DNA from: a virus
Taxonomy: Duplodnaviria; Caudoviricetes
Direction: 5' to 3' (one strand)
Virus record (IMG/VR): IMGVR_UViG_3300025872_000060
Location: 1 to 60,702 of that record
DNA: 60,702 nt
This document shows positions 22,144 through 32,731 of the stretch, piece by piece. Below the pieces are notes generated by a model. That model searched no databases. It saw only the letters and a list, made by a program, of their open reading frames with translations, and was not told the origin of the DNA. The number at the start of each line of letters is the position of its first letter. Position 1 is the first letter of the stretch. A program made the translations under genes and the position numbers.

Positions 22144-22512
22144 TCAGGCGGGCGACGGCTGATCTTCCCATGTGAACCCCCGTTCCCGCGAACGGGCATC
22201 CATCAAGCGGGATGGAAAGTCCCGCGCGATGAAGTCTTTGAACTCCTCGCGGGTCATCTCACGCCACCCCACGGAGCAGCACAGGAAGAACCTTGAGCAG
22301 CCGCCCCAAGCATTGAACCTGACAAGGGTTGCAAGCGGATCGTGGATGGACAGCTCCACCACATCGCCCACGCTCAAGGAGCGGCAGTTCTGGGGCTGAT
22401 AGATGTTACCCCACTCGAACACCTGCTCAAGGGTGTGGGTGATGCCAACCCCGTCCATTTGGGTCTGGATCGCCTTGTCATGCTCAAGATGGATTACTAC
22501 ATCGTACTTCAT
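22144..22512 (-). CDS. YodL-like domain protein
   Basis: LEQVF..GN...RSLSVGDVVEL...C.SVGW pattern. Confidence 0.5.
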   Translation of the reverse strand: MKYDVVIHLEHDKAIQTQMDGVGITHTLEQVFEWGNIYQPQNCRSLSVGDVVELSIHDPLATLVRFNAWGGCSRFFLCCSVGWREMTREEFKDFIARDFPSRLMDARSRERGFTWEDQPSPA

Positions 22513-22739
22513 GGACGATTATCTCTTGTTTTGACGCCAACGAACATGATGGGTATTCGAGCCCCACGGGCAGCATTCTGGTCAGCCGAACCGATCCAGA
22601 AGCAGATAATAGCACTTCCAGAACCACTTGGGCTGCGCCCATTGGGGAACGGTGGAGATCCACCAAGCCATGATGTGCTCCAATCGGGAAAGCCAGTAGG
22701 GTACGGTGTTCATGGATTCGGTGGCTCCGTTTTGACGCC

Positions 22740-23402
22740 TCAATCCTCGTCAGGCGACTCGTCGCTATACTGGTCGCCGTCATCATCGTCGCTTTCGTCT
22801 TCCTCCTCGTCCCATTCGTACTCGCCCTGCGAGGACTTGAGGGTGAGGAGGTCGATGGTCAGGGATGTGCTGTAGTTGGTTCCATCGCCTGCGCCGCTGT
22901 CGGTGTTGAAGTCCCAGAACATGGCATCCTCCACCATCTCTGCGGCATCGCATGATGCCTTCCAGATGTCATGCGTTTTCTTCACGAGGTTCATCTTCTT
23001 GTCCACGCATTCAAAGACGATGCTATCCGATAGGTCGATCTCGTCCCAACCGCCGTAATAGAGGTATGAAACGGAGTCTATGCCCTGCGCCCACGCGAAC
23101 GCCGCGCACACGCATCGGGCGCTGTCGGCATCGTGCTCCCCCGTCAGCCGCTTCAGTCGGCTCTTGCTCACGGACTCCTTCACGGATTCCGCGCTCTCGA
23201 CCTTCTTGGCGATCTTTGCGGGAACAAGCGCACCCATGCCGTTCTTCATCAGTTCGGCGCAGAAATCCTCAATCCCCTTCGCAGAAGCTTTTTGAAATCG
23301 GTTTTCGCCGAATCCTCCGTCGAGCATAGCCGCTACCTGCGACCTGATCTTTGCGGAGTCAAGGGCTTCGTTCCATCGCGGATGAATCTTCAGTTTGGTC
23401 AT
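22740..23402 (-). CDS. Hypothetical protein, distant paralog of 25507..26223
   Basis: G.D.VS..YYGGWD...GAGDG......IDL.T.K shared with the paralog. Confidence 0.55.
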   Translation of the reverse strand: MTKLKIHPRWNEALDSAKIRSQVAAMLDGGFGENRFQKASAKGIEDFCAELMKNGMGALVPAKIAKKVESAESVKESVSKSRLKRLTGEHDADSARCVCAAFAWAQGIDSVSYLYYGGWDEIDLSDSIVFECVDKKMNLVKKTHDIWKASCDAAEMVEDAMFWDFNTDSGAGDGTNYSTSLTIDLLTLKSSQGEYEWDEEEDESDDDDGDQYSDESPDED

Positions 23403-25064
23403 GTCCTGCGCTCCTCGGTTTTGACGCCCATCTGCGCCAGCCTCATGGCAGCCTTCACAGCCTTGCGCCTCCGTGCCCTCAAGGGGATGCAGCGGAGGCA
23501 GTCGGGGAACTCATCTATGAAACGGATGATGGACTCGGTGGGTGAGTCTCTGTCCAGAACTGGAGCGCCCGCATCGCCCAACAGCAGATACACCCTGTCC
23601 TCTGAATCGCGCAGGAAGCATATTCCCGCCCTCTCATGGAAGCAGATTGCGGATACGGTTGCCTTGGGATCGTGTGGGTTGTCCATCGTGTGATCCCATT
23701 GTAGTGCCTACCTGCCCACGCTGACCCCCGATGCGAGGTCATGGGAAGTGAACTCCTCCGTGCGGATGTCGTAGATGAACGAACTGCTGTAGCCGTGCTC
23801 CAAACCCTTTGACTGAAGCAACTTGCTGTAGGAATCGTCCACATGGCACGCAAACGAGATCGTCGGAGCATGGTTCTTGTCCCATCCGTCGAGTTCGATC
23901 TCGTCGCCGCCGAAGCCAACGCGGTCGGTGGGCTTCATCAGGAAGTGGGCAAGCACCTCCTGATCGCTGTAGCTCTGGTCGTCGTACTCGTTGCGAATGA
24001 CGATCCTCGTCTCAAGTCGGGAATAGCCGCCGCATCCATGAAGGACGGCTCGGCAGCACTTCGCCACATCGTCCCACGACCAAGTGGCATCCCCGACGTA
24101 GAGGAGCCGAACCATGTTGCTCACCTCTGGATCGGCGGCGATGGCGGGAGGAGCCAGATGGTGCATGAGGGGAACCTCCCTGCACATGGCGATCCATCCT
24201 GCGCGGACAGTCTCCGCGTCCCAGTATGGATCATCGCTCTCTCCGCGCTCGGGCGGGCAGGGAACTCCCATGACGGAGCACATCCCGCGCACAGCCATCG
24301 CATCCATGCCCCTCTGGTTCGCCAACCGCCACATCTCCGTGAACAGGAAGCCCTTTCGATATCCCTGCGAGTCCTGATCCACGCCCAAGAAGGGCGAGTG
24401 GGTTGACAACTTGGAGGTTGCGTATCCACCCCTGAAGGACTGCACGGAGAGGGTCAGGTTATCGAAGTTAGGAAGCATGGCTGCGGCTCCGCTGTTTTGA
24501 CGCCCCTACGGGCGATCCGTGCCCAGATCGCCGGGCAGGACTCCATCGTACTTGTCATAAGGAGGTTCTTCTTCGGGACCAGAGCCGTCATCGACCCATT
24601 GCCCACCTAGCGGCTTGTCGTAGTCCTGATCTTCCGAAGGCTCGGATTCTTTGCAATCGTCCTCATCAGAGGCGATCCATGCCTTGCCGTCCCATTCCCA
24701 TTTGCAGCCCCGCTCGTCCGACTTGCGGAAGCAGTCCCAACCCATTTCCTCCGCGACGGTTTCGGGAGTGTCGCATTCTGCGGCATACTCGCAGTAGAGC
24801 CTGCGCGCATCGTCGCGCTCGTCGCGCAGCTTCTTCAGCATCTCCGCGACATGGTGCTCGTATGAGTTGTCGGTGCTCGTCCATCCCATGACCTTGTGAG
24901 CCATCTGGAAGTAGCGGATAAGTCCGTCGATTGAGTAGTCGCCCATTTCAGTCCTCCTTGTGGAACTTGCGCAGGAACATGATGGAGCAGACCATCCAGC
25001 CCGTCACGAACCCGATTGCGACTAGCCCGATCAGGAATCCGAAGAATGCGATTGAATCGTTCAT
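23399..25064 (-). CDS. Four hypothetical genes (23399..23686, 23708..24478, 24506..24946, 24948..25064)
   Basis: ORF tiling; motif, TACAAT or translational coupling upstream. Confidence 0.55.
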
Positions 25065-25480
25065 GCCTGCACCTCCTCTGTTTTGACGCCAGAGGGTTCG
25101 CAGAGGGTGGAGTCCGAAGGAGTGACCTCCTTCTCCAGTTCCTCCGACAACTTCCGCGCACCCTTCACCATCCATCCCTCAAGGGGCATATTCTTGAACC
25201 AGTCCTGCGGGGTGGGGATGCGCCCCATGTCCTCAAGCACGTGCTGCTCACCGATGGCGCGGATGGGGACGGTGCGACCATCGCTCTTGCGGGTCAGCAC
25301 CGTTCCGAACACCTGTTCGCACATGAAGATGCCGAACGAGGAATGGAGGATCGCGCGGTGGCGGGCATCGGGAAGATGGCTCTTTGTCTGATCGAACCAA
25401 TCGTGGATGTGCTGATAGTCGGAGGCGACTCCACCGAACTTCTTTGCGGACGACTTGCTATGGTAGTATGGATGGCTCAT
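25061..25480 (-). CDS. DUF6915-like protein
   Basis: HPYYHSKSSAKKFGG...IHDWFD...RHRAILHSSFGIF...IGEQHVLED. Confidence 0.75.
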   Translation of the reverse strand: MSHPYYHSKSSAKKFGGVASDYQHIHDWFDQTKSHLPDARHRAILHSSFGIFMCEQVFGTVLTRKSDGRTVPIRAIGEQHVLEDMGRIPTPQDWFKNMPLEGWMVKGARKLSEELEKEVTPSDSTLCEPSGVKTEEVQA

Positions 25481-25506
25481 GGCTGTGACCCTGTGGTTTT
25501 GACGCC

Positions 25507-26223
25507 TCAATCCTCGTGATAGTCGAGGTCGATCCCGCCGAATATGCTTCCCTCGCGCTCAATGTGCTCGTGTCGCGTGACGGACATGGAGCACTCCACG
25601 GAGAACTTCATCGTCTTGAGGTCGATGGAGCACTCCCCGTCCTCGTAGGCTGGCTCTCCGTCTCCGAAGCCTTCGGGCAGGATGTCCTCCACGAAATCCT
25701 GAAGCGAGAAGTTGCCTTCCATCTCCTCGTCAATCTCGTCCATTTCCTCTCCGTCCCGCAGAATCATGTGATCGTCGGTGCTGCCTTGATCGTGACCGCC
25801 GTAGAAGGTGAATGAAATCTCGTCGTAGCCAGAGCGATAGAGCCACATCCCCTTGCCGATGCCGTCTGCTTCACGCCGTAGCATATTGTATCTCCATCGC
25901 TTGTCCCAATCCTCCGAATCTTTCATCTCCTTCTCCGTGAGAAGGCAGAGGCGCACGGTGGCTTCCACCTGCTCTCGGTGCGGCTTGATCTGGGCTGCGG
26001 GGAAAGCGGACAGCATGAAGGGTGCGTGCTCGGCTACCAACACGCACAGGGGAATGCCCTTGTCGGGACTGATCTTCGCCTTGACGGACAGCCAATCCAA
26101 GATGAGCGGCGCGTACACCTTGCTGAAGTGCGCGGCGTACCCCCTGCGCTCCTTCTGGACGGGGAGGATGAACTTGTCGAGGACGGACTCGTTCTCTTGG
26201 ATGGTGCTGTTCTTCTTGCTCAT
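25507..26223 (-). CDS. DUF6878-like protein
   Basis: ISFTFYGGHDQG motif; adjacent to the DUF6915-like gene. Confidence 0.45.
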   Translation of the reverse strand: MSKKNSTIQENESVLDKFILPVQKERRGYAAHFSKVYAPLILDWLSVKAKISPDKGIPLCVLVAEHAPFMLSAFPAAQIKPHREQVEATVRLCLLTEKEMKDSEDWDKRWRYNMLRREADGIGKGMWLYRSGYDEISFTFYGGHDQGSTDDHMILRDGEEMDEIDEEMEGNFSLQDFVEDILPEGFGDGEPAYEDGECSIDLKTMKFSVECSMSVTRHEHIEREGSIFGGIDLDYHED

Positions 26224-27227
26224 GCAATCACCTCGTCCGGTTTTGACGCCTTGTCCTTCTTGCCCACCCATGTAGGCTTGATCCACACGGTCTTGACGAG
26301 CAGATTGCCCGTGCCGTGCCTCTGCGAACGCATATGCCCGCGACGAAGGTGGAAGCGGGGACTCGCATGGGTTCCTCCCGCGTACTCCGACTCAAGGGCG
26401 CGTGTCATGGTCATCACCTGACCCTGCCACAGTTCCCCCTTGCCCTTCTTGGGGTTTGCCTCGCGGACGAGTCTGGGCATGGGAGCGTGGATGTCGCCAA
26501 TGGTGTTCATGGCGATCACCAGCTTCACAGCCATGCGGAAAGCCCATTGGGTCTGCTCCGTATCCCTCTGGATCACGGGATTGCCCTTCGGATCGACGGG
26601 AACTCCCATGCGGTCGTACACGATGTCGCTGCCGTACTTCTCCATCGTGTCCGACCACGCGCCCTCGCAGGGAAGGCGCACCCATCCCACATCGCCCTTG
26701 CTGTCGAGCATCGTGCCTTCGATCATTTCCCTGCCGCGCAGCGTGGTGGCAGACCCCTTGAGGTCGCCGCCGATGCGGGACAGCGTGACGATGGCGGGCG
26801 CAACGGTGAGTTCCTTTCCTTCCCACTCCATCTGGTAGGGCTTGTACGGCGGGTCGATGGGCAGGACGAACATCACGGAGTCCGCAGGGAAGCGGATGTC
26901 CTTGAAGTCAATCCCCTCCACATCGGTTCTGTCAAGCGCGTCGATCAGTTCCCTGCTAGGAAAGTAGGTAGGCGCGTTCAGCGACCGCATCATGCTCATG
27001 GCGTTCGCCACGCACACGCGGAGGTTCTCGGGGTACATCCCGTTGACGATCTCAATGTCTGGGTGGACGGCGGTGAACGCCGTTGTCCACCAGAAGCGGG
27101 GCGCAAGATAGCCCGCAGGGGGCATGATCCTGCGGGGCATGATGGCATTGAAGTCCTTGCGGAGAGTCTCCGTCCGTTCGATGAAGTCCGCATTGACCTT
27201 GAGAGCGATGAAGTTGCTTGCATCCAT
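26220..27227 (-). CDS. Protein with C-terminal PRxHxRRGH motif (AcrVA2/FinQ-like candidate)
   Basis: HASPRFHLRRGHMRSQRHGTG...VWIKPTWVG; 335 aa. Confidence 0.5.
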   Translation of the reverse strand: MDASNFIALKVNADFIERTETLRKDFNAIMPRRIMPPAGYLAPRFWWTTAFTAVHPDIEIVNGMYPENLRVCVANAMSMMRSLNAPTYFPSRELIDALDRTDVEGIDFKDIRFPADSVMFVLPIDPPYKPYQMEWEGKELTVAPAIVTLSRIGGDLKGSATTLRGREMIEGTMLDSKGDVGWVRLPCEGAWSDTMEKYGSDIVYDRMGVPVDPKGNPVIQRDTEQTQWAFRMAVKLVIAMNTIGDIHAPMPRLVREANPKKGKGELWQGQVMTMTRALESEYAGGTHASPRFHLRRGHMRSQRHGTGNLLVKTVWIKPTWVGKKDKASKPDEVIA

Positions 27228-27259
27228 GATTCCCTCCCATACGGTTTTGACGCCGGCCG

Positions 27260-27610
27260 TCAGGTTGACTCAATGATCTCGTAGAGTCCGTGGCTGTCCA
27301 TTGAATGAACGGGAACCTCCTCCAGACCTGCCTTGCCCGCGATCATCTGGAACACGGAGTGGACATGAGGCGGATCGCCGCCGCCCTCGTAGTCCAGCCG
27401 GGTGCAGGTCATCTTGTGCCATCCCGAGTGCTCTCCGTCCGTGAACACGCGCAGGATGTCTCCCCCGCCCACTAGGATCATCGTGGACACGACATCCTCG
27501 CCTTTGGGGGAGCACACGAGCATGGAGAAGCGAGAAGCCCCCGTGGGGGCGTTGCCGCCCCCACGGGGATCATCGGAGTTGGTCACGCAGTCACCGCCGC
27601 GCCAGACCAA
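27260..27610 (-). CDS. Hypothetical protein
   Basis: ORF fills the gap between neighbours; start uncertain. Confidence 0.45.
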   Translation of the reverse strand: MVWRGGDCVTNSDDPRGGGNAPTGASRFSMLVCSPKGEDVVSTMILVGGGDILRVFTDGEHSGWHKMTCTRLDYEGGGDPPHVHSVFQMIAGKAGLEEVPVHSMDSHGLYEIIEST

Positions 27611-28230
27611 GAGTAGAGCTTGCGGCGACCATCGCCCGCCTCCTTGCTCACCTCGTTGTTGTTGCAGAGCGCGGAGAGCGCCGTGCCGATCTGCCCGCCG
27701 ATGCTTGCGGGAACCTTGACCCCCGCCGCATCGTAACGCTCACGCACCAGACCCTCAATCGCGTCCGTAGCCATCGGGACGGTGGCGCTCTGGAGGATCT
27801 CGCTCACGATCTGCTTCACGCCCTTGCCATCGGGACCGTTGGGGCGGCGACCCGCCGAACCACCCGCCGCGCGCTCTGCCTTCGCAGCCTTCGGCTTGCG
27901 ACCCGCCTTCGGTGCGACAGCCTTCGGCTTGCGACCCGCCTTCGGCTTCGGTGCGGCAGCCTTCGGCTTCGCCGCCTTCGGCGCGGTGGCAGCGCCATCG
28001 CCGCCGTTCAGCAGGGTTCCGATCTGCGAGGCGACATGGGCGCGGAGGGCGCTCTGGCGCTGCGAGTCAGCGCCCGCCAGACGGTCGAAGTCTGCGGTCG
28101 CGGTCTGGATGGTCTGCGCGAACTTCGCCATCGCCGCGAAGTAGGTCGCGGGCGGGATGCGGAGCGCGGTGCAGACCGCCAGAGGGTTTGCGGACGGGTG
28201 AAGGACGCTGTTCTTTGCCTTTCGGGGCAT
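27583..28230 (-). CDS. DNA-binding protein with histone-H1-like PKA/KPKA repeats and a C-terminal winged-helix-like domain
   Basis: APKAAKPKAAAPKPKAGRKPKAVAPKAGRKPKA followed by VKQIVSEIL...IGTALSAL...RKLYSW. Confidence 0.55.
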   Translation of the reverse strand: MPRKAKNSVLHPSANPLAVCTALRIPPATYFAAMAKFAQTIQTATADFDRLAGADSQRQSALRAHVASQIGTLLNGGDGAATAPKAAKPKAAAPKPKAGRKPKAVAPKAGRKPKAAKAERAAGGSAGRRPNGPDGKGVKQIVSEILQSATVPMATDAIEGLVRERYDAAGVKVPASIGGQIGTALSALCNNNEVSKEAGDGRRKLYSWSGAAVTA

Positions 28231-28364
28231 TTCTGAAACTCCTGCGGGGCTGTTGTGTGTGCTTCCCTTGCCCGCTAGGGGAAGCCCCCTCCCCCAGACC
28301 AATGCGCGGTCTTGGGGGGAGGGGATTCGTGTCCGTATGCGTCTGGTTTTGACGCCGTTGTGCC

Positions 28365-29012
28365 TTACTTGGTGACGGGGTTGTTCTTCCCCGCGACCAC
28401 CGTGGTCGCGGAACCCACCACCTTCGGAGTGCGCTTGCGGGAACCGCTACGCGCAGCCTTTGCGCTCTTGTATGCCGCCTCCAGAGCGGCGAACTGATCG
28501 TCGCTCATGGGCGTGACCGCCTCCGCGATACCTCCCACCACGAACATCGCGGCGGTGTCGCCTTCGATGGACGAGTTGGGAGCCTTCGGCGTGTAGCCGA
28601 TGGGGTCGAGAGCCGCGCCCGCGTTGGGCATATGGTGCTCCCACATCTTGCGGATGTGTTCAGCGCCACCCGCGAGGGCAGGAACGCCGTTCTGCTCCGA
28701 CTTGACGGCTTCGGCGTGCTTCTTGAGGATCGCCGCCTCCAGAGCCGCCTTGTCGGTGCTGCCGTGGGTCAGCGTCCACTCCACGATCCACTCCGCGAGT
28801 GCGCCGTTCTTGACGGAATCCTTCGGCAGAGCTCCGATCTGGAAGCCCGTGCCGATGACGGCGACCGTGGTTCCGTTGAAGGCGCTCTTGGGGTTCGCCA
28901 TGACGAACGCCCTGTCTGCGGATTCCGCGTCCTTGAGGGTGGCGGTGAGAGCCGCCTTGCGAACCATGTTGGAGGCGATGGGGTTTGAAACGCTAGTAAA
29001 GAGGTTGCTCAT
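28365..29012 (-). CDS. Hypothetical protein
   Basis: Clean ORF; likely start MSNLFT. Confidence 0.6.
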   Translation of the reverse strand: MSNLFTSVSNPIASNMVRKAALTATLKDAESADRAFVMANPKSAFNGTTVAVIGTGFQIGALPKDSVKNGALAEWIVEWTLTHGSTDKAALEAAILKKHAEAVKSEQNGVPALAGGAEHIRKMWEHHMPNAGAALDPIGYTPKAPNSSIEGDTAAMFVVGGIAEAVTPMSDDQFAALEAAYKSAKAARSGSRKRTPKVVGSATTVVAGKNNPVTK

Positions 29013-29180
29013 TGCCTTCTGTCTTTCCTGTTGCCTGTCGCCCTGTTTGGGGTAGAGGCGTTTCGGGATGTTCCTGCCCCCACCGTGGGGGAAGGTCACA
29101 TGGGAAGATTATTTTGTTTTGACGCCCTAGTCAAGTCCACTTTACACATAATGGACAGATTTATCAGATTTTCTTTCCCG

Positions 29181-30476
29181 TCAGGACGGGACTCCGATCT
29201 GAATGTAATCCCCGAAGGGTGGCTTCTCTGGCGTGGTCATAACCCAGATGACATCCATCGAAGGCTTGTCACCGAAGTTCCCGTAACCATCGGTGATGTA
29301 TACACATACATCGACGGGAATGCGGTTCTCCTCAAGGTGCGAGAACACGGGTGCGAAGTCCGTGCCGCCGCCGCCCTTGAACTTCGTTGGGACGGCTTCG
29401 GCAGCGTCGAGCCACCGACCCGCATGGACTTCGGCATCGCATTCAATGAGGTAGATGGCGCATCCGAAGTCGCGCCTGATCTGCTCAATCTCCGCGACCG
29501 CCTGCGCCATCTCTGCATCTCCGATGGAGCCAGAGGTGTCCACGGCGAACGCGATCTTCGGTGCGTTGAAGCCGAACGGGGAGGGAAGGTAGATGTCCTG
29601 CCAGACGAAGCGGCGGGACGGCGGGACGAACTGGTAGTCGTCGCGGCGGTCGCGGCTCACGCCGAAGCGAAGGTACTGGCGCAACTTCTCGCTCCATGCA
29701 ACCTTGCTGTCCACCTTCTCCGACACCATCCGCTCCAGACCATCGGGCAACTCGCCCTGCTGCTTCGCGTAGGCTGCGGCACGGGCGATAGCTCTATCCC
29801 AATCCTTCTCCGACTTCTTCTCATCGTCGCCGCGCTCACGCGCCACGGACTCGCCATCCTTCGGGTCGCCATCGGGATTGCCCTCGCTCATGTCGCTGCC
29901 CGTGCCGCCCTGCGGGATGCCCTTGCCTCCCTTGCCGTTGCCCTTGCCGCCGCCGCACTTGCCGCTGCGGAGAAGTTCCTCGTAGATTTGCTCCGAGGTG
30001 AGGTCGCGGTACTGCTCGTCAAGGCAACCGCCTTCGATCCACGAATCGCGTCCCATCTGGTCGATGAGGACAAGGTTCTCCGCAAAGTCGTTCGCGGCGT
30101 TCCAGAGGAAGTGGTCGCGGTTGAGTTTGCGGTCGAAGTGCGAGAACGCGACATGACCGATCTCATGGGCGATCAGGAAGCACAACTGCTTGTCGCTCAA
30201 GCCGTCCATGAACGCGCGTCCAAGACGGATGTTGCCGCTCCTGTCCACGCAAGCCGTGGGGACATCGGAGGTGATGATCCTGCACGAAGCGGTGAGGTGT
30301 CCCCAGAAGGGGAAGTAGCGGTACAGGGTCATGCAGCACCCGTCGATCCGCTTCTGCCGCTCTCCATCGTCCCCCGCGAGGACAGGGGCGCCAGAGTAGG
30401 TGGTGGAAGGGGAAGCGGCGGGAGCGACCGTAGCCGCCCCCGCCGCACTCGTTGTCTTGTTGGTTCGCTTTGCCAT
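29181..30476 (-). CDS. DUF2201-type metallopeptidase/VWA domain protein
   Basis: HEIGH zincin motif; MIDAS DTSGSI; GGGTDF; ITDGYG. Confidence 0.88.
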   Translation of the reverse strand: MAKRTNKTTSAAGAATVAPAASPSTTYSGAPVLAGDDGERQKRIDGCCMTLYRYFPFWGHLTASCRIITSDVPTACVDRSGNIRLGRAFMDGLSDKQLCFLIAHEIGHVAFSHFDRKLNRDHFLWNAANDFAENLVLIDQMGRDSWIEGGCLDEQYRDLTSEQIYEELLRSGKCGGGKGNGKGGKGIPQGGTGSDMSEGNPDGDPKDGESVARERGDDEKKSEKDWDRAIARAAAYAKQQGELPDGLERMVSEKVDSKVAWSEKLRQYLRFGVSRDRRDDYQFVPPSRRFVWQDIYLPSPFGFNAPKIAFAVDTSGSIGDAEMAQAVAEIEQIRRDFGCAIYLIECDAEVHAGRWLDAAEAVPTKFKGGGGTDFAPVFSHLEENRIPVDVCVYITDGYGNFGDKPSMDVIWVMTTPEKPPFGDYIQIGVPS

Positions 30477-30520
30477 AGTGTCCCTTGCCTTTCGGTTTTG
30501 ACGCCCGACCCTTCCCTCCG

Positions 30521-31540
30521 TCACTTGCGGATGCCGTAGCGGTCGATCAGTTCGGAGTGCGCCGTGACCCACTTGTGCGCGGACTTCGCGTTGAGGATCG
30601 CCTTCCGCGCGTCTGGACTGCCCATCATCGAACGGACGATGAACAGACAGGTGATCTCGGGCGGCATGACGGACGCGATCTCACACGCCTTGTCCGCGTT
30701 GGCGTTGATGAACTTCGTGTCGCCGCGCAGGAGGCGCGAGGACAGTCCCATCGCCACGGCGTAGGAAACGCTGACCCGCTTGGGGTTGTGCGTGAACCGC
30801 TCCTTGCCCGCGAGGAGCGCGTCGAGGTCGGGCATATCGCGCAGTTCGCGGCGGTAGCCGTCGAACTCCGCTGCCGCGCCCTTGCCGATCAGACCCGCGA
30901 CGAAATCCATGTCATCGGTTCCGCTCTTGATGAGGGTGCTGACGCGATCCCATGCGCGGGGCGATGCGAAGTTCTCGTACTCGTCCTTGCTGTCGGTGGA
31001 CAGCAGGGCGGGACGGAAGTTCAGGAAGCCCACGACATCATCGTGAACGCCCGCGCCGAACGCCCAAGTAGTCCACGACTTGACATCGGGTTCATAGTTC
31101 ACGATGGCGAAGCGGTTGCGGAGGGGAGCCGAAAGCGGCTGCACATGGGCGCGATGCGCCGTCTTGTTGCCAGCCGCGCAGATGTACCATCCATCGCCCA
31201 ACTTGTGCGGACCGCACTTGCGGTCGAGGATGATCTGGAGCGCGGCGTTCATCACGCTCACGGGAGCCGTGTTCAACTCATCGAAGAACAGGATTCCCTC
31301 GCCGTCCTGCGGGATGAACTCGGGGCGCGCCCAAGCGACATTCGTGCCGTTCTCGCCGCGCTCCACCGTGGGCAGACCACGGAGGTCAACGGGGTCGAGC
31401 ATGGACAAGCGGACATCAATGACCCGCTTGCCTTCCGCTGCCTGATGGACTTGCTGCGACTTGCCCACACCGGGCGCTCCGAAGATGAAGCACGGGATGT
31501 TGGCTGCCTTGTAACGCTTGATGGTGTCAACGAGGTTCAT
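30521..31540 (-). CDS. MoxR-type AAA+ ATPase
   Basis: Walker A GAPGVGKS, DLRGLP, Walker B LFFDE, AAGN, LRNRF, SPRAW. Confidence 0.9.
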   Translation of the reverse strand: MNLVDTIKRYKAANIPCFIFGAPGVGKSQQVHQAAEGKRVIDVRLSMLDPVDLRGLPTVERGENGTNVAWARPEFIPQDGEGILFFDELNTAPVSVMNAALQIILDRKCGPHKLGDGWYICAAGNKTAHRAHVQPLSAPLRNRFAIVNYEPDVKSWTTWAFGAGVHDDVVGFLNFRPALLSTDSKDEYENFASPRAWDRVSTLIKSGTDDMDFVAGLIGKGAAAEFDGYRRELRDMPDLDALLAGKERFTHNPKRVSVSYAVAMGLSSRLLRGDTKFINANADKACEIASVMPPEITCLFIVRSMMGSPDARKAILNAKSAHKWVTAHSELIDRYGIRK

Positions 31541-31625
31541 TGTCTTTGTTCCTTATGGTTCGCTTCCGTCTAGTCCCCCAACGCGGGGTTCTCTGGTCGA
31601 TGTCCTGCGGTTTTGACGCCCCGCC

Positions 31626-32561
31626 CTAGCGCCCCACCATCCTGATGAGTCGGCGGGCTGCGATCACTCCACGGCGCTGCTTGGCTGCGGTGTTGAGGAA
31701 CTCGTACAGGCAGGGAGCCTGACCGATCCATCCCACGAGCCTGTCGGGGTGATGCTCCGTGCAATGGTTCAGAGCCATGCGGAGCCATCCGCTGTCCGTC
31801 TGCCTCCACTCGGTCGTTTCCCTGTCGAGCAGTTCGCTCGTTCGCAGAGTCCTGTCTGCCTTCGGATTCCACCTCGACCCGAACTGCGGGGCGAGGAAGT
31901 CCATGATGGTCATGGCGACAGGGGAGCACGGGGAGATATGGCTTCCCACCATCCGAATCATGTCGATGGGTGAGTTCTTGATCTCCGTCACATTGCTCCA
32001 GAACTCCGCGCTGTCATCGGGAAGGCAGGAGATGATGTTCGCCGCCTGCCTGCCGTCCGCGACGAACACGGAAGCCACAGCTCCCACATCCTGCGCGTAC
32101 ATCGCCTTGATGTCATCGCACTTGAGGACGGAGAACGGGGTATTGCGGTGGTATGCGTCGTAGGCGTGGACGACGAGCATCGCCCGCGCGATCTCTGGAT
32201 CGCGCATCACGGAAGCCGTGATGTCCTTGTCCGTGAACCTGATGGTGTTGGTCTTGCCCGCCTGCAACCCAAGCGCGATGGCGACCGCATCGCGGTCGTT
32301 CGTCCACCGCGACTGCCACTCGCGCCTGCCCGCGTCCCCGCCGATGGCGAAGGCGATTGCCCCGCCGAACGCGCCACAGGATGAAAGGTTCACGATGTCC
32401 TGCTCGGGCAAGTCCTTCGTATGGCTGCGACCGTACAGGTCGCTGCGGGACAGGAGATGGGGCAGGAGCCTTGAGCCGATCCCCGAAGGGATGGACTCCC
32501 AATCATAGCTCGTGACGGGACGGAGGGACAGTACGGACTCTGGGTTGGTGATCTGCGTCAT
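31626..32561 (-). CDS. Hypothetical protein (311 aa)
   Basis: Motif 16 nt upstream of the ATG. Confidence 0.65.
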   Translation of the reverse strand: MTQITNPESVLSLRPVTSYDWESIPSGIGSRLLPHLLSRSDLYGRSHTKDLPEQDIVNLSSCGAFGGAIAFAIGGDAGRREWQSRWTNDRDAVAIALGLQAGKTNTIRFTDKDITASVMRDPEIARAMLVVHAYDAYHRNTPFSVLKCDDIKAMYAQDVGAVASVFVADGRQAANIISCLPDDSAEFWSNVTEIKNSPIDMIRMVGSHISPCSPVAMTIMDFLAPQFGSRWNPKADRTLRTSELLDRETTEWRQTDSGWLRMALNHCTEHHPDRLVGWIGQAPCLYEFLNTAAKQRRGVIAARRLIRMVGR

Positions 32562-32731
32562 GGTCTTATGCCTCTGGGTTTTGACGCCCTAGATGACTGC
32601 TCGGCTTCCCTGCGGAGAACAGACGGATGATCGGGAACTTTCCGCGACCAGATTGGAGGATTTTCCGTCCGAACCGCACTTTCATCCCCCACCCTGCGGT
32701 TTTGACGCCGTCCCGCCGATATACCTGATAG

